This document shows positions 28,101 to 35,917 of a stretch of DNA of 39,764 bases, piece after piece (position 1 is the stretch's first letter; every line of letters starts with the position of its first letter). The DNA lies in the IMG/VR virus record IMGVR_UViG_3300005805_000190, positions 1 to 39,764 of that record; one strand, 5' to 3'. The position numbers and the translations under genes are program-made. The notes under the pieces are model-generated. The model was not told where the DNA came from. It made no database searches and saw only the letters and a program-made list of their open reading frames with translations. The stretch is from a virus (taxonomy: Duplodnaviria > Caudoviricetes).

Positions 28101-29425
28101 TAGATAACAGAAGTACATACGCACTTGCCCCATTAACTGGCAACGAAGGTGGAACTATGGATCTATTGGTTGACTCACTTGTTATTGTAGGAAATGAACC
28201 ATTCACTTGGTCTAGTACAGGAACAAAGGTTATTTCATTTAACCCACCACTTAAAGTTGCAAGTTTAACAACTGAGCCATTGTTTGTAGATTTTTCACCA
28301 AAGAAACCTGGTCTTTACAAAACAACATATAAACTTTACGGTAACGTTCTTGATACAAACTTTGCATCACTTCAAGGTGAAACACCCGGTGAAAACAAAG
28401 TTCAACCACTTCACTTACTCACATGGATTGGAACAACTACAAACGGAACCGTTAACGGAGAAGCTGCTTACGAAACAATTCTTAGATTTAAAGAATTCCG
28501 TGGTGATGATTATCTACTCTTCAACTCTGCACAAGGTCAATCACTTCTTCCATTTAGAGTGGATGCAGGTAAACCGTTTACGTTCAACGTAGAGTTTACG
28601 CCTGATAAGGTAACGAAGGGTGGATTGAAGACAGGACAAAATCTACAAGGTCGTCTTCCATATCAAGACAATAAGTTCTCAACTCAGATTGTATTTGAAG
28701 ATGCATCAGGTAACGAACTTGTTGGTGATGTAACAGGAGATGGTAAGTATCTTGAAACAACACTGAAGATAGTTGCTGATAAGGGTGTTGATGTAAACTC
28801 AATCGCAAAGGCATCATTCTGGTTAGAACCAAAGCCTGAGTCAATTGATTCTGGTAATGTTGAATCTGCACGTCTCCGTGTCAAGTTTGAGAACACAGTT
28901 GTAAATCCAACGGTTCTTTCGCCGATTGCATTCCCATCTGCAACTTGGGTAAATGAAAAGACAAGCATCGGTATGGTAGAGATTGACTTGGTAACTCCAC
29001 CACAGGTAGATGGTTATCTTGGAACAAAAGAATTCCAAACTCTACTGAGTGAAAAGACATTCACAGACGTAACTGGTGATTACTACACAGTTGACTTGAA
29101 CGGCAAAGTTGGTTCACCATACGTTGTTGTAAATGTTATACCAGATGTAATAACTGTAAAACAAGTTTGTGCAAGCACAACTCGCCTTGTAAAACTTGGT
29201 GGCACATACGGTATAAGAGTTGTGAATGGCGGAATTGAAGTTTCAGTTGGTATAGATGCACCATTGTCTGTAACTTCTGTAAATGAGTTAGGACAACAAT
29301 ATCCTATCTTTGATGGTAATGTAAACAAGGGAACATACACATTCCCACTTACAAATAAGGGACTACAATGGATAGTCGTTCGTCAAGGAGATTGGTTAGA
29401 AACCGTTGGTGTCTATGTAAATTGA
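25190..29425 (+). CDS. Large secreted adhesin-like protein: IgGFc-binding N-terminal domain, tandem ASH/choice-of-anchor-D Ig-like domains, degenerate T9SS-like tail
   Basis: Signal peptide ending ATA-Q; LPV-x-x-WG-x-x-Y, IIA-x-x-DNT-x-V, L-x-x-GE, DLSGT-x-I-x-ANKPV-x-V-x-SG; repeated (N/D)[FW]G...N-x-G...L-x-PGE...V-x-[FY]-x-P units; C-terminal N-x-LGQ...G-x-Y. Confidence 0.8.
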   Translation: MKRFLPLLLSLLTVFSATAQNSNNKLNLTEGTRYMVAFPQVWASPSEKPMPQPMQLFVSSKVKTKIRVQTPAGINDAARIDREYSLEPNKVLKISISTAYMNVNSQTKTGYGILVTSKSPISVSTYQAWMGNGELARHLPVDAWGKNYFTANFYQDRYGTSGSGYKYRPAQILIIASRDNTVVSYTPTCDTEGGTEMPEGKKGQTQTVTLEKGETFLIKAKINEDYNKQWETDLSGTLIRANKPVGVVSGHTKVAIMRYPDVLPPTGMFAAEAHFVRSNVHDAQLPIEMSGTKFVTAPSMYTPTRVVGQASVEFGIDDDRGDVIRFIALEDNTKIFSMRQDGSGLKAERSLRKGESFIATAVDVTTYWESDKPVLATHYGKSYAKILPPAFLPSQGKNNDGVQGHPTVESGMPMMQYVPSVDRWTNYGVFAAPEGMDNFFNIVFTASEVGKIKVDGRSLTSAFGGAMRLIKGTPYAVIRTPIGAGDHFVESTEPTVRWVAWNYGSLDGLQQGRAYGTPVSIDLSIPCDDSLDIEYQIVCGDVEGKVKLLPENSTCAQFFAFVVEDENNFILEADVDNLSDYKVFPFKLKVGDKKKPAFARVRVITRSGNWIEKEFKYDGIDLTFNPSPINFGVRPFGDKACTTVVVTNMQSTPISITNLKFRNTSFTVTPKSIQLNPRESKSIEVCGTVLTEVRQVDTLIAEINCVELKYLPVEIKGEEPIFYAGDQNWGTIPANDKQTKQVELVNAGKSNVIITEYQPRGDDYFTNTTLLKSLPLTLKPGERFKYEVDYSPNGIVGANNSLRINYTTNATKEKLYSDLSGQGSDALLSVSSYSWTERVIDKYQTSKGVTRYAGKVTISNLGNTVSYIEKITLVGNDAGYFSFDEPINLRSGMLPSEKRVVDVYFTPTETDKRGSERNFSVEFVVDYRVASDAKQSKSKLEATALQPQVQITNQDWGSHQSNTVTTLPIYIDNRSTYALAPLTGNEGGTMDLLVDSLVIVGNEPFTWSSTGTKVISFNPPLKVASLTTEPLFVDFSPKKPGLYKTTYKLYGNVLDTNFASLQGETPGENKVQPLHLLTWIGTTTNGTVNGEAAYETILRFKEFRGDDYLLFNSAQGQSLLPFRVDAGKPFTFNVEFTPDKVTKGGLKTGQNLQGRLPYQDNKFSTQIVFEDASGNELVGDVTGDGKYLETTLKIVADKGVDVNSIAKASFWLEPKPESIDSGNVESARLRVKFENTVVNPTVLSPIAFPSATWVNEKTSIGMVEIDLVTPPQVDGYLGTKEFQTLLSEKTFTDVTGDYYTVDLNGKVGSPYVVVNVIPDVITVKQVCASTTRLVKLGGTYGIRVVNGGIEVSVGIDAPLSVTSVNELGQQYPIFDGNVNKGTYTFPLTNKGLQWIVVRQGDWLETVGVYVN

Positions 29426-29442
29426 TTTGAAAAAATGAGATA

Positions 29443-29477
29443 AATCCCTCACAGTAATATATTTATTGTGGGGGATT
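29443..29477 (+). promoter_or_regulatory. 15-bp hairpin containing the ATATTTAT motif (29459-29466), upstream of the endolysin
   Basis: AATCCCTCACAGTAA-tatat-TTATTGTGGGGGATT (two G-U pairs). Confidence 0.6.
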
Positions 29478-29499
29478 ACCTCATAAATGGAGATACATT

Positions 29500-30105
29500 A
29501 TGAATCTTGATAAGCTAAAAGGAAAAGTACCAGATAGTGTTATTACTGAATTACCAGAAGTAATGAGTAAGTTCGGTATAAACACACCACTTCGCCTTTC
29601 CCATTTCCTTGCACAAGTTGCGCACGAAAGTGGGAACTTCAAATACACATCAGAAAATCTAAATTACTCCGCTGAAAGATTAAAGGTTATCTTTCCGAAG
29701 TATTTTAAACAACAAGGTCTTGCCGAAGCGTATGCTCGTAAACCAGAACTAATTGCTTCTCGTGTTTACGGTGGTAGAATGGGTAACGGTGACGAAGGAA
29801 CAAGAGAAGGTTTCAAATTCCGTGGTCGTGGTTATCTACAACTAACTGGTAAAAACAACTATGCAGAGTTTGATAAGTTTGTAAACGAAGATATAGTAAA
29901 AGAACCAGATCTTGTTGCTAAGAAGTATCCATTGCTTTCAGCCGCTTGGTTTTTTGATAAGAATAAAATCAATTCAGTTTCAGATAAAGGTCCAACTGAT
30001 GAAGTAGTTACTATGGTAACTAAGAGAGTAAATGGTGGGACGATTGGATTACAAGATAGAATCAAACACTTCAAAAAGTATTACGAATTACTAAATAAGG
30101 ACTGA
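29500..30105 (+). CDS. Glycoside hydrolase family 19 lysozyme (endolysin-like)
   Basis: HFLAQ-x-x-HESG-x-F...ENLNYS, MGNG, FRGRG-x-x-QLTG-x-x-NY, SAAWF, T-x-x-VNGG-x-x-GL-x-DR. Confidence 0.92.
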   Translation: MNLDKLKGKVPDSVITELPEVMSKFGINTPLRLSHFLAQVAHESGNFKYTSENLNYSAERLKVIFPKYFKQQGLAEAYARKPELIASRVYGGRMGNGDEGTREGFKFRGRGYLQLTGKNNYAEFDKFVNEDIVKEPDLVAKKYPLLSAAWFFDKNKINSVSDKGPTDEVVTMVTKRVNGGTIGLQDRIKHFKKYYELLNKD

Positions 30106-31628
30106 TGATGAAATTAAAACGTAGATGTGAATTGAAAGAAAATTACGATTCTCTGATGCGATCGAACCCAAAGAAAATCCAAGAGGCATCGATAATGAAA
30201 CCAGAATACGGAGAAGGTTCTGAATTTTTCTATAAAGGTGGAATATCATTTTTGGATTCAAAAGGTTATGAAGAGGGTGAAATTTTCGTAGTAACAAAAA
30301 CAAAAGACAAAGTTGATGTTGCTAAAAAAATATCGGGGTCTGGTACACCTCTGAAAAAAACAATAAAGTCGAAAAGTGATGGTAAGAGTTATACTTTATC
30401 CGGCGGACCTGTTTCTTTCAAAGAATATTTTAATCATATTAAAGCCGGTACAAAAATTCAACCGAAAGGTGAAGATTGGGAAGCACTCATTGTTGTTGCT
30501 TATAACAAACGAAAAGAGGGGCTAGAATGGAATAGAGCAAAGAAATTCTGGTCGGATCACGGTGATGAGGCAAATGTATTGGCAAAAAAGATTTCGGAAC
30601 TGATTTCATCTAAAAAATTAAAGCAACTTGGTTCATCGACTGCAAGTTTGCGTCCTGATTGGACTGGGGTTGATAAGACGCCAAAGACAGATATTCTCGG
30701 AGATACAGAACACATATCTTTGAAAAAGGCGGGTGGTTCTCAACTATTGAGTGGTGGTGACAAAGAAATAAAGGCAACATTTAATGCATCAGTAAGAATA
30801 ATGTGTGATGATGTGGCCACACCTGTTTTTAAGTTTATCAGTGATCTAGAAAATAAAATGGGTAAATTAAATTACGATGGAACTGTTAAATCCATTAAAC
30901 AACTATCGTTGAGCGGTAAAAAGCTAACTGCACAAGAGATGGAAATCATAAAGAAATATGGTTCAATGACATTGAATCATCAACAGTTAACGAATGACCT
31001 TAATAGGATATTCAATGATATGGAATTTAAGAAAATATTTTGTTTTGAGGCAGCAACTGGTACGTCTAAATTTGCAGATGAGAGAGCTATTGCAGATGTT
31101 CTTATAGAATTTAATCCCGATAAAGGTGAAATAACAAAAAATCTACCTATGAAAAATGTAGAGGATGCAACCTATCTCGCCCAGAATAACAAATTTTATT
31201 TTTCATTTAAGTCCAGTGGTAATAATCCTTATACGGTTTTGAGAACAACTGCCTTATCAAAGAAACAATTAACAGGTGAATCAAATCATGGTGTTAAGAT
31301 AGAAACTCTTTCTGAAATAATTAAAAGTGAGATGACAAAATTTAGTCCAAAAATCTATGAATATTTAAAAGAAAATTATTCATCTAAAAACACCATTCTA
31401 AACGAATGGGAGATGTTCACGAAACTATTTGATAAAATAAAAACTTTACCCGAAAAGTCAGTCCAAAAAATAAAATCGATTTATAATTCGATAATGGAAA
31501 GAGTAAAGAATGCTTTGGATATAATCCGCAAACTTGGAAAAGATATGTTTGATGGACTAATGCATTTTCTTGGGTTAGAAGTCAATAATATCAATATAGA
31601 ATCATCTGGATCATTCCCGCTCGTTTAA
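30105..31628 (+). CDS. Large hypothetical protein with restriction-endonuclease-like PD-(D/E)XK motif
   Basis: GEDWEA...TPKTDI...ISLKK-x-GGSQL; N-terminus MMKLKRRCELKE. Confidence 0.55.
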   Translation: MMKLKRRCELKENYDSLMRSNPKKIQEASIMKPEYGEGSEFFYKGGISFLDSKGYEEGEIFVVTKTKDKVDVAKKISGSGTPLKKTIKSKSDGKSYTLSGGPVSFKEYFNHIKAGTKIQPKGEDWEALIVVAYNKRKEGLEWNRAKKFWSDHGDEANVLAKKISELISSKKLKQLGSSTASLRPDWTGVDKTPKTDILGDTEHISLKKAGGSQLLSGGDKEIKATFNASVRIMCDDVATPVFKFISDLENKMGKLNYDGTVKSIKQLSLSGKKLTAQEMEIIKKYGSMTLNHQQLTNDLNRIFNDMEFKKIFCFEAATGTSKFADERAIADVLIEFNPDKGEITKNLPMKNVEDATYLAQNNKFYFSFKSSGNNPYTVLRTTALSKKQLTGESNHGVKIETLSEIIKSEMTKFSPKIYEYLKENYSSKNTILNEWEMFTKLFDKIKTLPEKSVQKIKSIYNSIMERVKNALDIIRKLGKDMFDGLMHFLGLEVNNINIESSGSFPLV

Positions 31629-31629
31629 T

Positions 31630-31911
31630 ATGCTAGATTCGTTTTGGAATAGTTTGGAGTTGGAAGACATATCCGATTTAAATTACACGGTATATGAACC
31701 ATATTCCAATGAAGAACAAAAAGACAATGTAATTGAAAAGTTAGATTGGGTTATACTCAAACTACATAAAATAAAAGACCACCGAAAGTATGACTATGAT
31801 ATTGTAGTTGGTTTAAAAAATAGAATCAGATATAACGGATGCTCACTTACCTCGAAGGGAATTGAGTTTCTAAATCTGATAACAAGTGATTTAAAGGATG
31901 ACTCATTTTGA
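31630..31911 (+). CDS. Hypothetical protein
   Basis: Tightly packed ORF; stop overlaps the next start. Confidence 0.6.
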   Translation: MLDSFWNSLELEDISDLNYTVYEPYSNEEQKDNVIEKLDWVILKLHKIKDHRKYDYDIVVGLKNRIRYNGCSLTSKGIEFLNLITSDLKDDSF

Positions 31912-32537
31912 TAAAACTAAAAAACATATTAAAAGAACAATCTCAATTCATTACCGAGTTCAAGCGTCCTGAATTGAAGTACAAGTTGAATTCACTCAAC
32001 AAGAACATTGACACAAAAACAATGGAAGAACATTTCGGTGTTCACTTCAAGGGATATACCGATAAAATGAATGAGGCAATCAAAGAAGAACAAATCCGAG
32101 TTGGTTCGATTCACGAATTACTTCGTCTATCCTCAAACTATTCATCGAAGTTAAGAAATAACGCAGGTGGTTACTACAACCACGTTATTTACTTTGAACA
32201 ATTTACTCCTGAAAAGAAATCACCAAAAGACAAATTGAAGTATCTCTTGGAAAGAGAATTTGCTGACTTCAAGGAGGAGTTCACACAAGCAGGTCTTGAC
32301 TTATTTGGTTCGGGTTGGGTGTGGTTGGTATCAGATGGAACAGATAATCTTTCAATCATTACCACACAGAATCAAGACAACCCATTCATGTTAAATAACT
32401 TCGGTGGTCAGATTCTTCTCGGTATGGATGTTTGGGAACACGCTTACTATCTCAAACATCAAGCAGATAGAAAAGCCCACATCAAGGACTTCTTCAATGT
32501 GATTGATTGGGATGTGGTGGGGGATAGATTAAAATGA
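31908..32537 (+). CDS. Fe/Mn superoxide dismutase (Mn-type signature) with N-terminal MIKLKNILKE tag
   Basis: TM-x-x-H-x-x-x-H-x-x-x-Y, NNAGGYYNH, FGSGWVWL, NQDNP, DVWEHAYY; TTG start after AAGGA. Confidence 0.93.
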   Translation: MIKLKNILKEQSQFITEFKRPELKYKLNSLNKNIDTKTMEEHFGVHFKGYTDKMNEAIKEEQIRVGSIHELLRLSSNYSSKLRNNAGGYYNHVIYFEQFTPEKKSPKDKLKYLLEREFADFKEEFTQAGLDLFGSGWVWLVSDGTDNLSIITTQNQDNPFMLNNFGGQILLGMDVWEHAYYLKHQADRKAHIKDFFNVIDWDVVGDRLK

Positions 32538-33067
32538 TAAAACTCAAAAACATATTACTTGAAAGTGAAACAAGAAAACTTCGTATCTTTGATTTTGATG
32601 ACACACTTGTAAGAAGCAATTCAAAAGTAAAGGTCACATCCAAGAACGGTGATATTTTCACACTCACCCCAGGTGAATATGCCGTCTACGATAAAAAAGA
32701 TGGTGAGACATTTGATTACTCTGAGTTTGATAAGTTAATTGAACCGAAAGAAATAAAAGCACTTACCAAAGTTCTTAGAAACTTTTACAAGGCAAACGGA
32801 AACAGAACGATCACGATCTTGACTGCAAGAGGAGTTACAAGACCACTACAAGATTATCTTCGTGATATTGGAATCGAGAGAGTAAACATAGTTGGAGTTA
32901 ATTCATCAGACCCACAAAAGAAAGCTGATTGGATCGAAGGTAAGATTAAACTTGGGTATAACGATATATTCTTCATTGATGATTCACAGAAGAATGTTGA
33001 CGCTGTTAAGAAACTGAAAGCTCGTTATCCAAAACTAAAATGGGAAATTCGACTAGCAAAGTATTAA
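32534..33067 (+). CDS. HAD-superfamily phosphatase (PNKP/RNA-repair HAD-like) with N-terminal MIKLKNILLE tag
   Basis: IFDFDDTL, ILTAR, K, FIDDS-x-x-N. Confidence 0.85.
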   Translation: MIKLKNILLESETRKLRIFDFDDTLVRSNSKVKVTSKNGDIFTLTPGEYAVYDKKDGETFDYSEFDKLIEPKEIKALTKVLRNFYKANGNRTITILTARGVTRPLQDYLRDIGIERVNIVGVNSSDPQKKADWIEGKIKLGYNDIFFIDDSQKNVDAVKKLKARYPKLKWEIRLAKY

Positions 33068-33862
33068 CAAAGATTGTAATCCATGTTTTGGATTGATGTC
33101 TTCTAATGGTCTCCATGATTGCTTTATGTAGTCATGGAGTTCTAACTTTTTAGATATAAGATGAGTTGACTTTCCAAGATTACTGTAATCGAGAACGTCG
33201 GAACCAAGATAAAAGAAATGCTTGTTAAGATACCGACTCGGTGTATCGAATATAAACGAATCCGAAACTATCATCTTCGCAGTATTAAACAGTGAGTAAA
33301 ATGTTTTCCAGTTTTCAGTCAGACCATCTGAATAATCGAGCACCCGATAAGATACCTTGTTCTTTAAGAATTCTCGTTCATGACGGTCGATTGAAACCTT
33401 GTCCCCACTTATATACAAAATGTCAAATGGTTCTACATTTTGTGACTTCCTACACAAATGAGTTATAGGACATTCAAATATTCCAATAGGGGTTTTGATA
33501 CCCTCGTCCAATAAAAACGTCCTGGCAACGTCGGAAACCACGTAATTTTGGTATGCCAGACGTGATATTGTGTCCAAAAATGGGACTGGTTCGTCGTCCG
33601 TATTCCTCTCGTTCCCATGAAGATTTATGAATTTTTGTTCATATTCTTTACACAACATGGCAAAAGACATTTTGGTATGACTTCCACCATAGTTTATGAT
33701 TGATTTTATTGTTGGGTTCTGAGAAAGGAAGTGGATTATATCAATGGTTGATTTACCATTTGCATCGAATACGATGTGATCTTTTTTCTTTTCTTCGAGG
33801 TGTTTGATAATAGGATAATACACGAGATAATCCAGAGGACTCTCTTGAATAAAACAAACCAT
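33053..33862 (-). CDS. Divergent UDP-GlcNAc 2-epimerase (WecB/NeuC)-like GT-B protein
   Basis: LHGNERNTD, ISRLA...ARTFLLDEGI and F-x-x-L-x-x-x-AKMIVSDS parallel WecB HVEAGLRS, ARQNLLREG and ILTDSG; shorter and degenerate. Confidence 0.5.
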   Translation of the reverse strand: MVCFIQESPLDYLVYYPIIKHLEEKKKDHIVFDANGKSTIDIIHFLSQNPTIKSIINYGGSHTKMSFAMLCKEYEQKFINLHGNERNTDDEPVPFLDTISRLAYQNYVVSDVARTFLLDEGIKTPIGIFECPITHLCRKSQNVEPFDILYISGDKVSIDRHEREFLKNKVSYRVLDYSDGLTENWKTFYSLFNTAKMIVSDSFIFDTPSRYLNKHFFYLGSDVLDYSNLGKSTHLISKKLELHDYIKQSWRPLEDINPKHGLQSLLILC

Positions 33863-33878
33863 AGGGTTCCTTTACATT

Positions 33879-35105
33879 TTAAACTTCTGTTTTCTTTTTC
33901 GGTTCTTTTTTGATTGGTTTACTATAAGTTGCAGTACCAATCACTTCGATAACCTTTGATAAAAAGTTATCCATATTTTTAAGTTCTTCTATCTTAACAT
34001 TCAATCGTTTGAGATTTGATTCGATTGCCTGCAAAAATGTTGATACATACTTATCACCTTTATCTTTTTTAATCTTACCAACCCATATGGCAGCTTGGAA
34101 TTGAGTGGGAGTCATTCCGTAACGAGGCGCTAGTTCTTGTGTAAGTTTCGCAAGGTAAACATAATTCTTTCCACCTTTCGCTGCAAGTGCTTTTCTTCTT
34201 TCTTCTGTATTCATCTGTGGATAAAAGAAGTTACTCATCCAAATATCCATTGTCACAGGGATCCATCCTGATTCAAACTGAAAATCTGGGTCAAGAAGAT
34301 TCAATGTAAATGAGAAGAGTTTTTCAGCAGAAACAATTGTTGACTTATCAACAAGACCTGTTGGTTTCATATGTTTCGATATTTCGGTCGCAGCTTGTTT
34401 TGGTGTCAACTTGTAGTCGGATGACTTATATAGTTTCAATATGTTCAACAAGTTTGGCTTAATTGAACCAGGGTTTCTTATGTTCTCAAATGCTTTGAGT
34501 GTCATTAGTTCTGGGAATGAAGTTGTGTGAACTTGTGAAGGTTTCATTTCCATCACTTGTTCCAATTTTTCTTTTGTTTCTGGATTAGACAGATCTTTCT
34601 TTATACCGTGGAAAGTTCTTGCGGCCGCCTTTAAGTTTTGTTCTAGTGTCATTGATGGTGAGAAGATTGCGAGCAGCATCAGAAAAAGTGTACCATCGGA
34701 ATCACCAAATGCTTCTAGAATTTTTTGATTCATTTCACGATACCAATCCTTTGATTCGTTTCCAAGATCAAGTAATTCTTCAATACCATCCATGATTGAT
34801 TCGTCAATCTTTATTGCAACACCAAGTTCTTCCAGTTCCTTTGAAGACATTTTTGTGTACTCTGGTTGTTGCTTCTCATTTAGATTCGAGTCGAGTACAA
34901 AGTTTAGATCAGAACCAAATCTTTTAAAGATTGTATCTAGTTCCTTTACTTGCTTACCAGTAAGTTCGATTTCTAGTTCATCATTTTCTTTTACTACTCT
35001 ATTGATTTTGTTTTCACCGTAAGCACGTTGAAACTTCTTTCTACGCATTATTTGTTTCTTGTAGTAATCTGATACTTCTTGGATTCTAATCTGCTTCTTC
35101 TTCAC
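33879..35105 (-). CDS. Phage protein with helical DNA-glycosylase-like motifs
   Basis: DWY, LLA-x-x-SP...NL, K-x-x-SF-x-x-NL, VT-x-D-x-WM, P-x-Q-x-QAAIW; the VTMD motif recalls the HhH-GPD catalytic Asp region. Confidence 0.5.
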   Translation of the reverse strand: MKKKQIRIQEVSDYYKKQIMRRKKFQRAYGENKINRVVKENDELEIELTGKQVKELDTIFKRFGSDLNFVLDSNLNEKQQPEYTKMSSKELEELGVAIKIDESIMDGIEELLDLGNESKDWYREMNQKILEAFGDSDGTLFLMLLAIFSPSMTLEQNLKAAARTFHGIKKDLSNPETKEKLEQVMEMKPSQVHTTSFPELMTLKAFENIRNPGSIKPNLLNILKLYKSSDYKLTPKQAATEISKHMKPTGLVDKSTIVSAEKLFSFTLNLLDPDFQFESGWIPVTMDIWMSNFFYPQMNTEERRKALAAKGGKNYVYLAKLTQELAPRYGMTPTQFQAAIWVGKIKKDKGDKYVSTFLQAIESNLKRLNVKIEELKNMDNFLSKVIEVIGTATYSKPIKKEPKKKTEV

Positions 35106-35917
35106 TTTTTCTTCTCCTTCGGTTGAACGTGTGGCATTCCTAAATCGTGGTGGAACTTATCATGTGATAGTTTATATGACTCTTGTGTTTCATCGGTAGC
35201 AACATTTGTATATTGCCAATTCCAGAATAAGTTATCTGGTGTATCAAATCCAAAGAAGTTTAGAACATTCTTTTGGACTTCTGTTACGTTTGAACCGTTC
35301 CAGTTTTGACCGATACAAACGAATCCAGCTTTCTTACCTTCAAGGATATTACTTTCTCCAAGAGTCGAGTGTCTATTTTCTAACCAAGTTAATCTCTCTA
35401 TCAACTTTTGATACTCCGCATTTGCTTGTCCCCATCTAACTGATCCAAAGAACAAGATCGTATCTGCTTTGAATATCTCTTTTGATACCTTCCACAATTC
35501 ATCTTTTAAATCATTAACGGATGCCCAACATCTATGATGACCAGTTGGGTTCTTACTTCTGTCTTTTAACTTTGAATCAATGACACCACAAGTGTTTCCT
35601 GTTATGTGTGAAACATTACCTTCACACGGATAAATCTTTAATTGTGGTATATCAATCCATTCAGATTTATTAGGTATTGAATCTTTTATGAAAAGAGCAA
35701 GTTCAGTTGACTTTGGTATTTCTATTTCATGACCACCCTTATCATACTCTGTGTTGAATGGGTATCTTGTTGATGTTGTTATGAAAAGAACTCTACCACC
35801 ATTGTTAGTGAGATAAGATATTGTATCTCTTACAGGCGCAGATAAAGAACGTTGTGAAACAATTCCACCCGTACTAACTATCCCTTCTTCTTTTAATAGT
35901 TCACTTAACTTTATCAT
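35102..35917 (-). CDS. Flavodoxin-like FMN-dependent oxidoreductase (WrbA / iron-sulfur flavoprotein-like) with N-terminal MIKLSELLKE tag
   Basis: VLFITTS-x-R...KST-x-LA, I-x-PCEG, C, CW...D, AD-x-I-x-F-x-x-x-V-x-WG, K-LIERL, GKKAG. Confidence 0.75.
   Translation of the reverse strand: MIKLSELLKEEGIVSTGGIVSQRSLSAPVRDTISYLTNNGGRVLFITTSTRYPFNTEYDKGGHEIEIPKSTELALFIKDSIPNKSEWIDIPQLKIYPCEGNVSHITGNTCGVIDSKLKDRSKNPTGHHRCWASVNDLKDELWKVSKEIFKADTILFFGSVRWGQANAEYQKLIERLTWLENRHSTLGESNILEGKKAGFVCIGQNWNGSNVTEVQKNVLNFFGFDTPDNLFWNWQYTNVATDETQESYKLSHDKFHHDLGMPHVQPKEKKK

Noticed and set aside
34216-34224. Second TGTGGATAA DnaA-box match
   Set aside because: Isolated and inside a coding sequence; likely chance.
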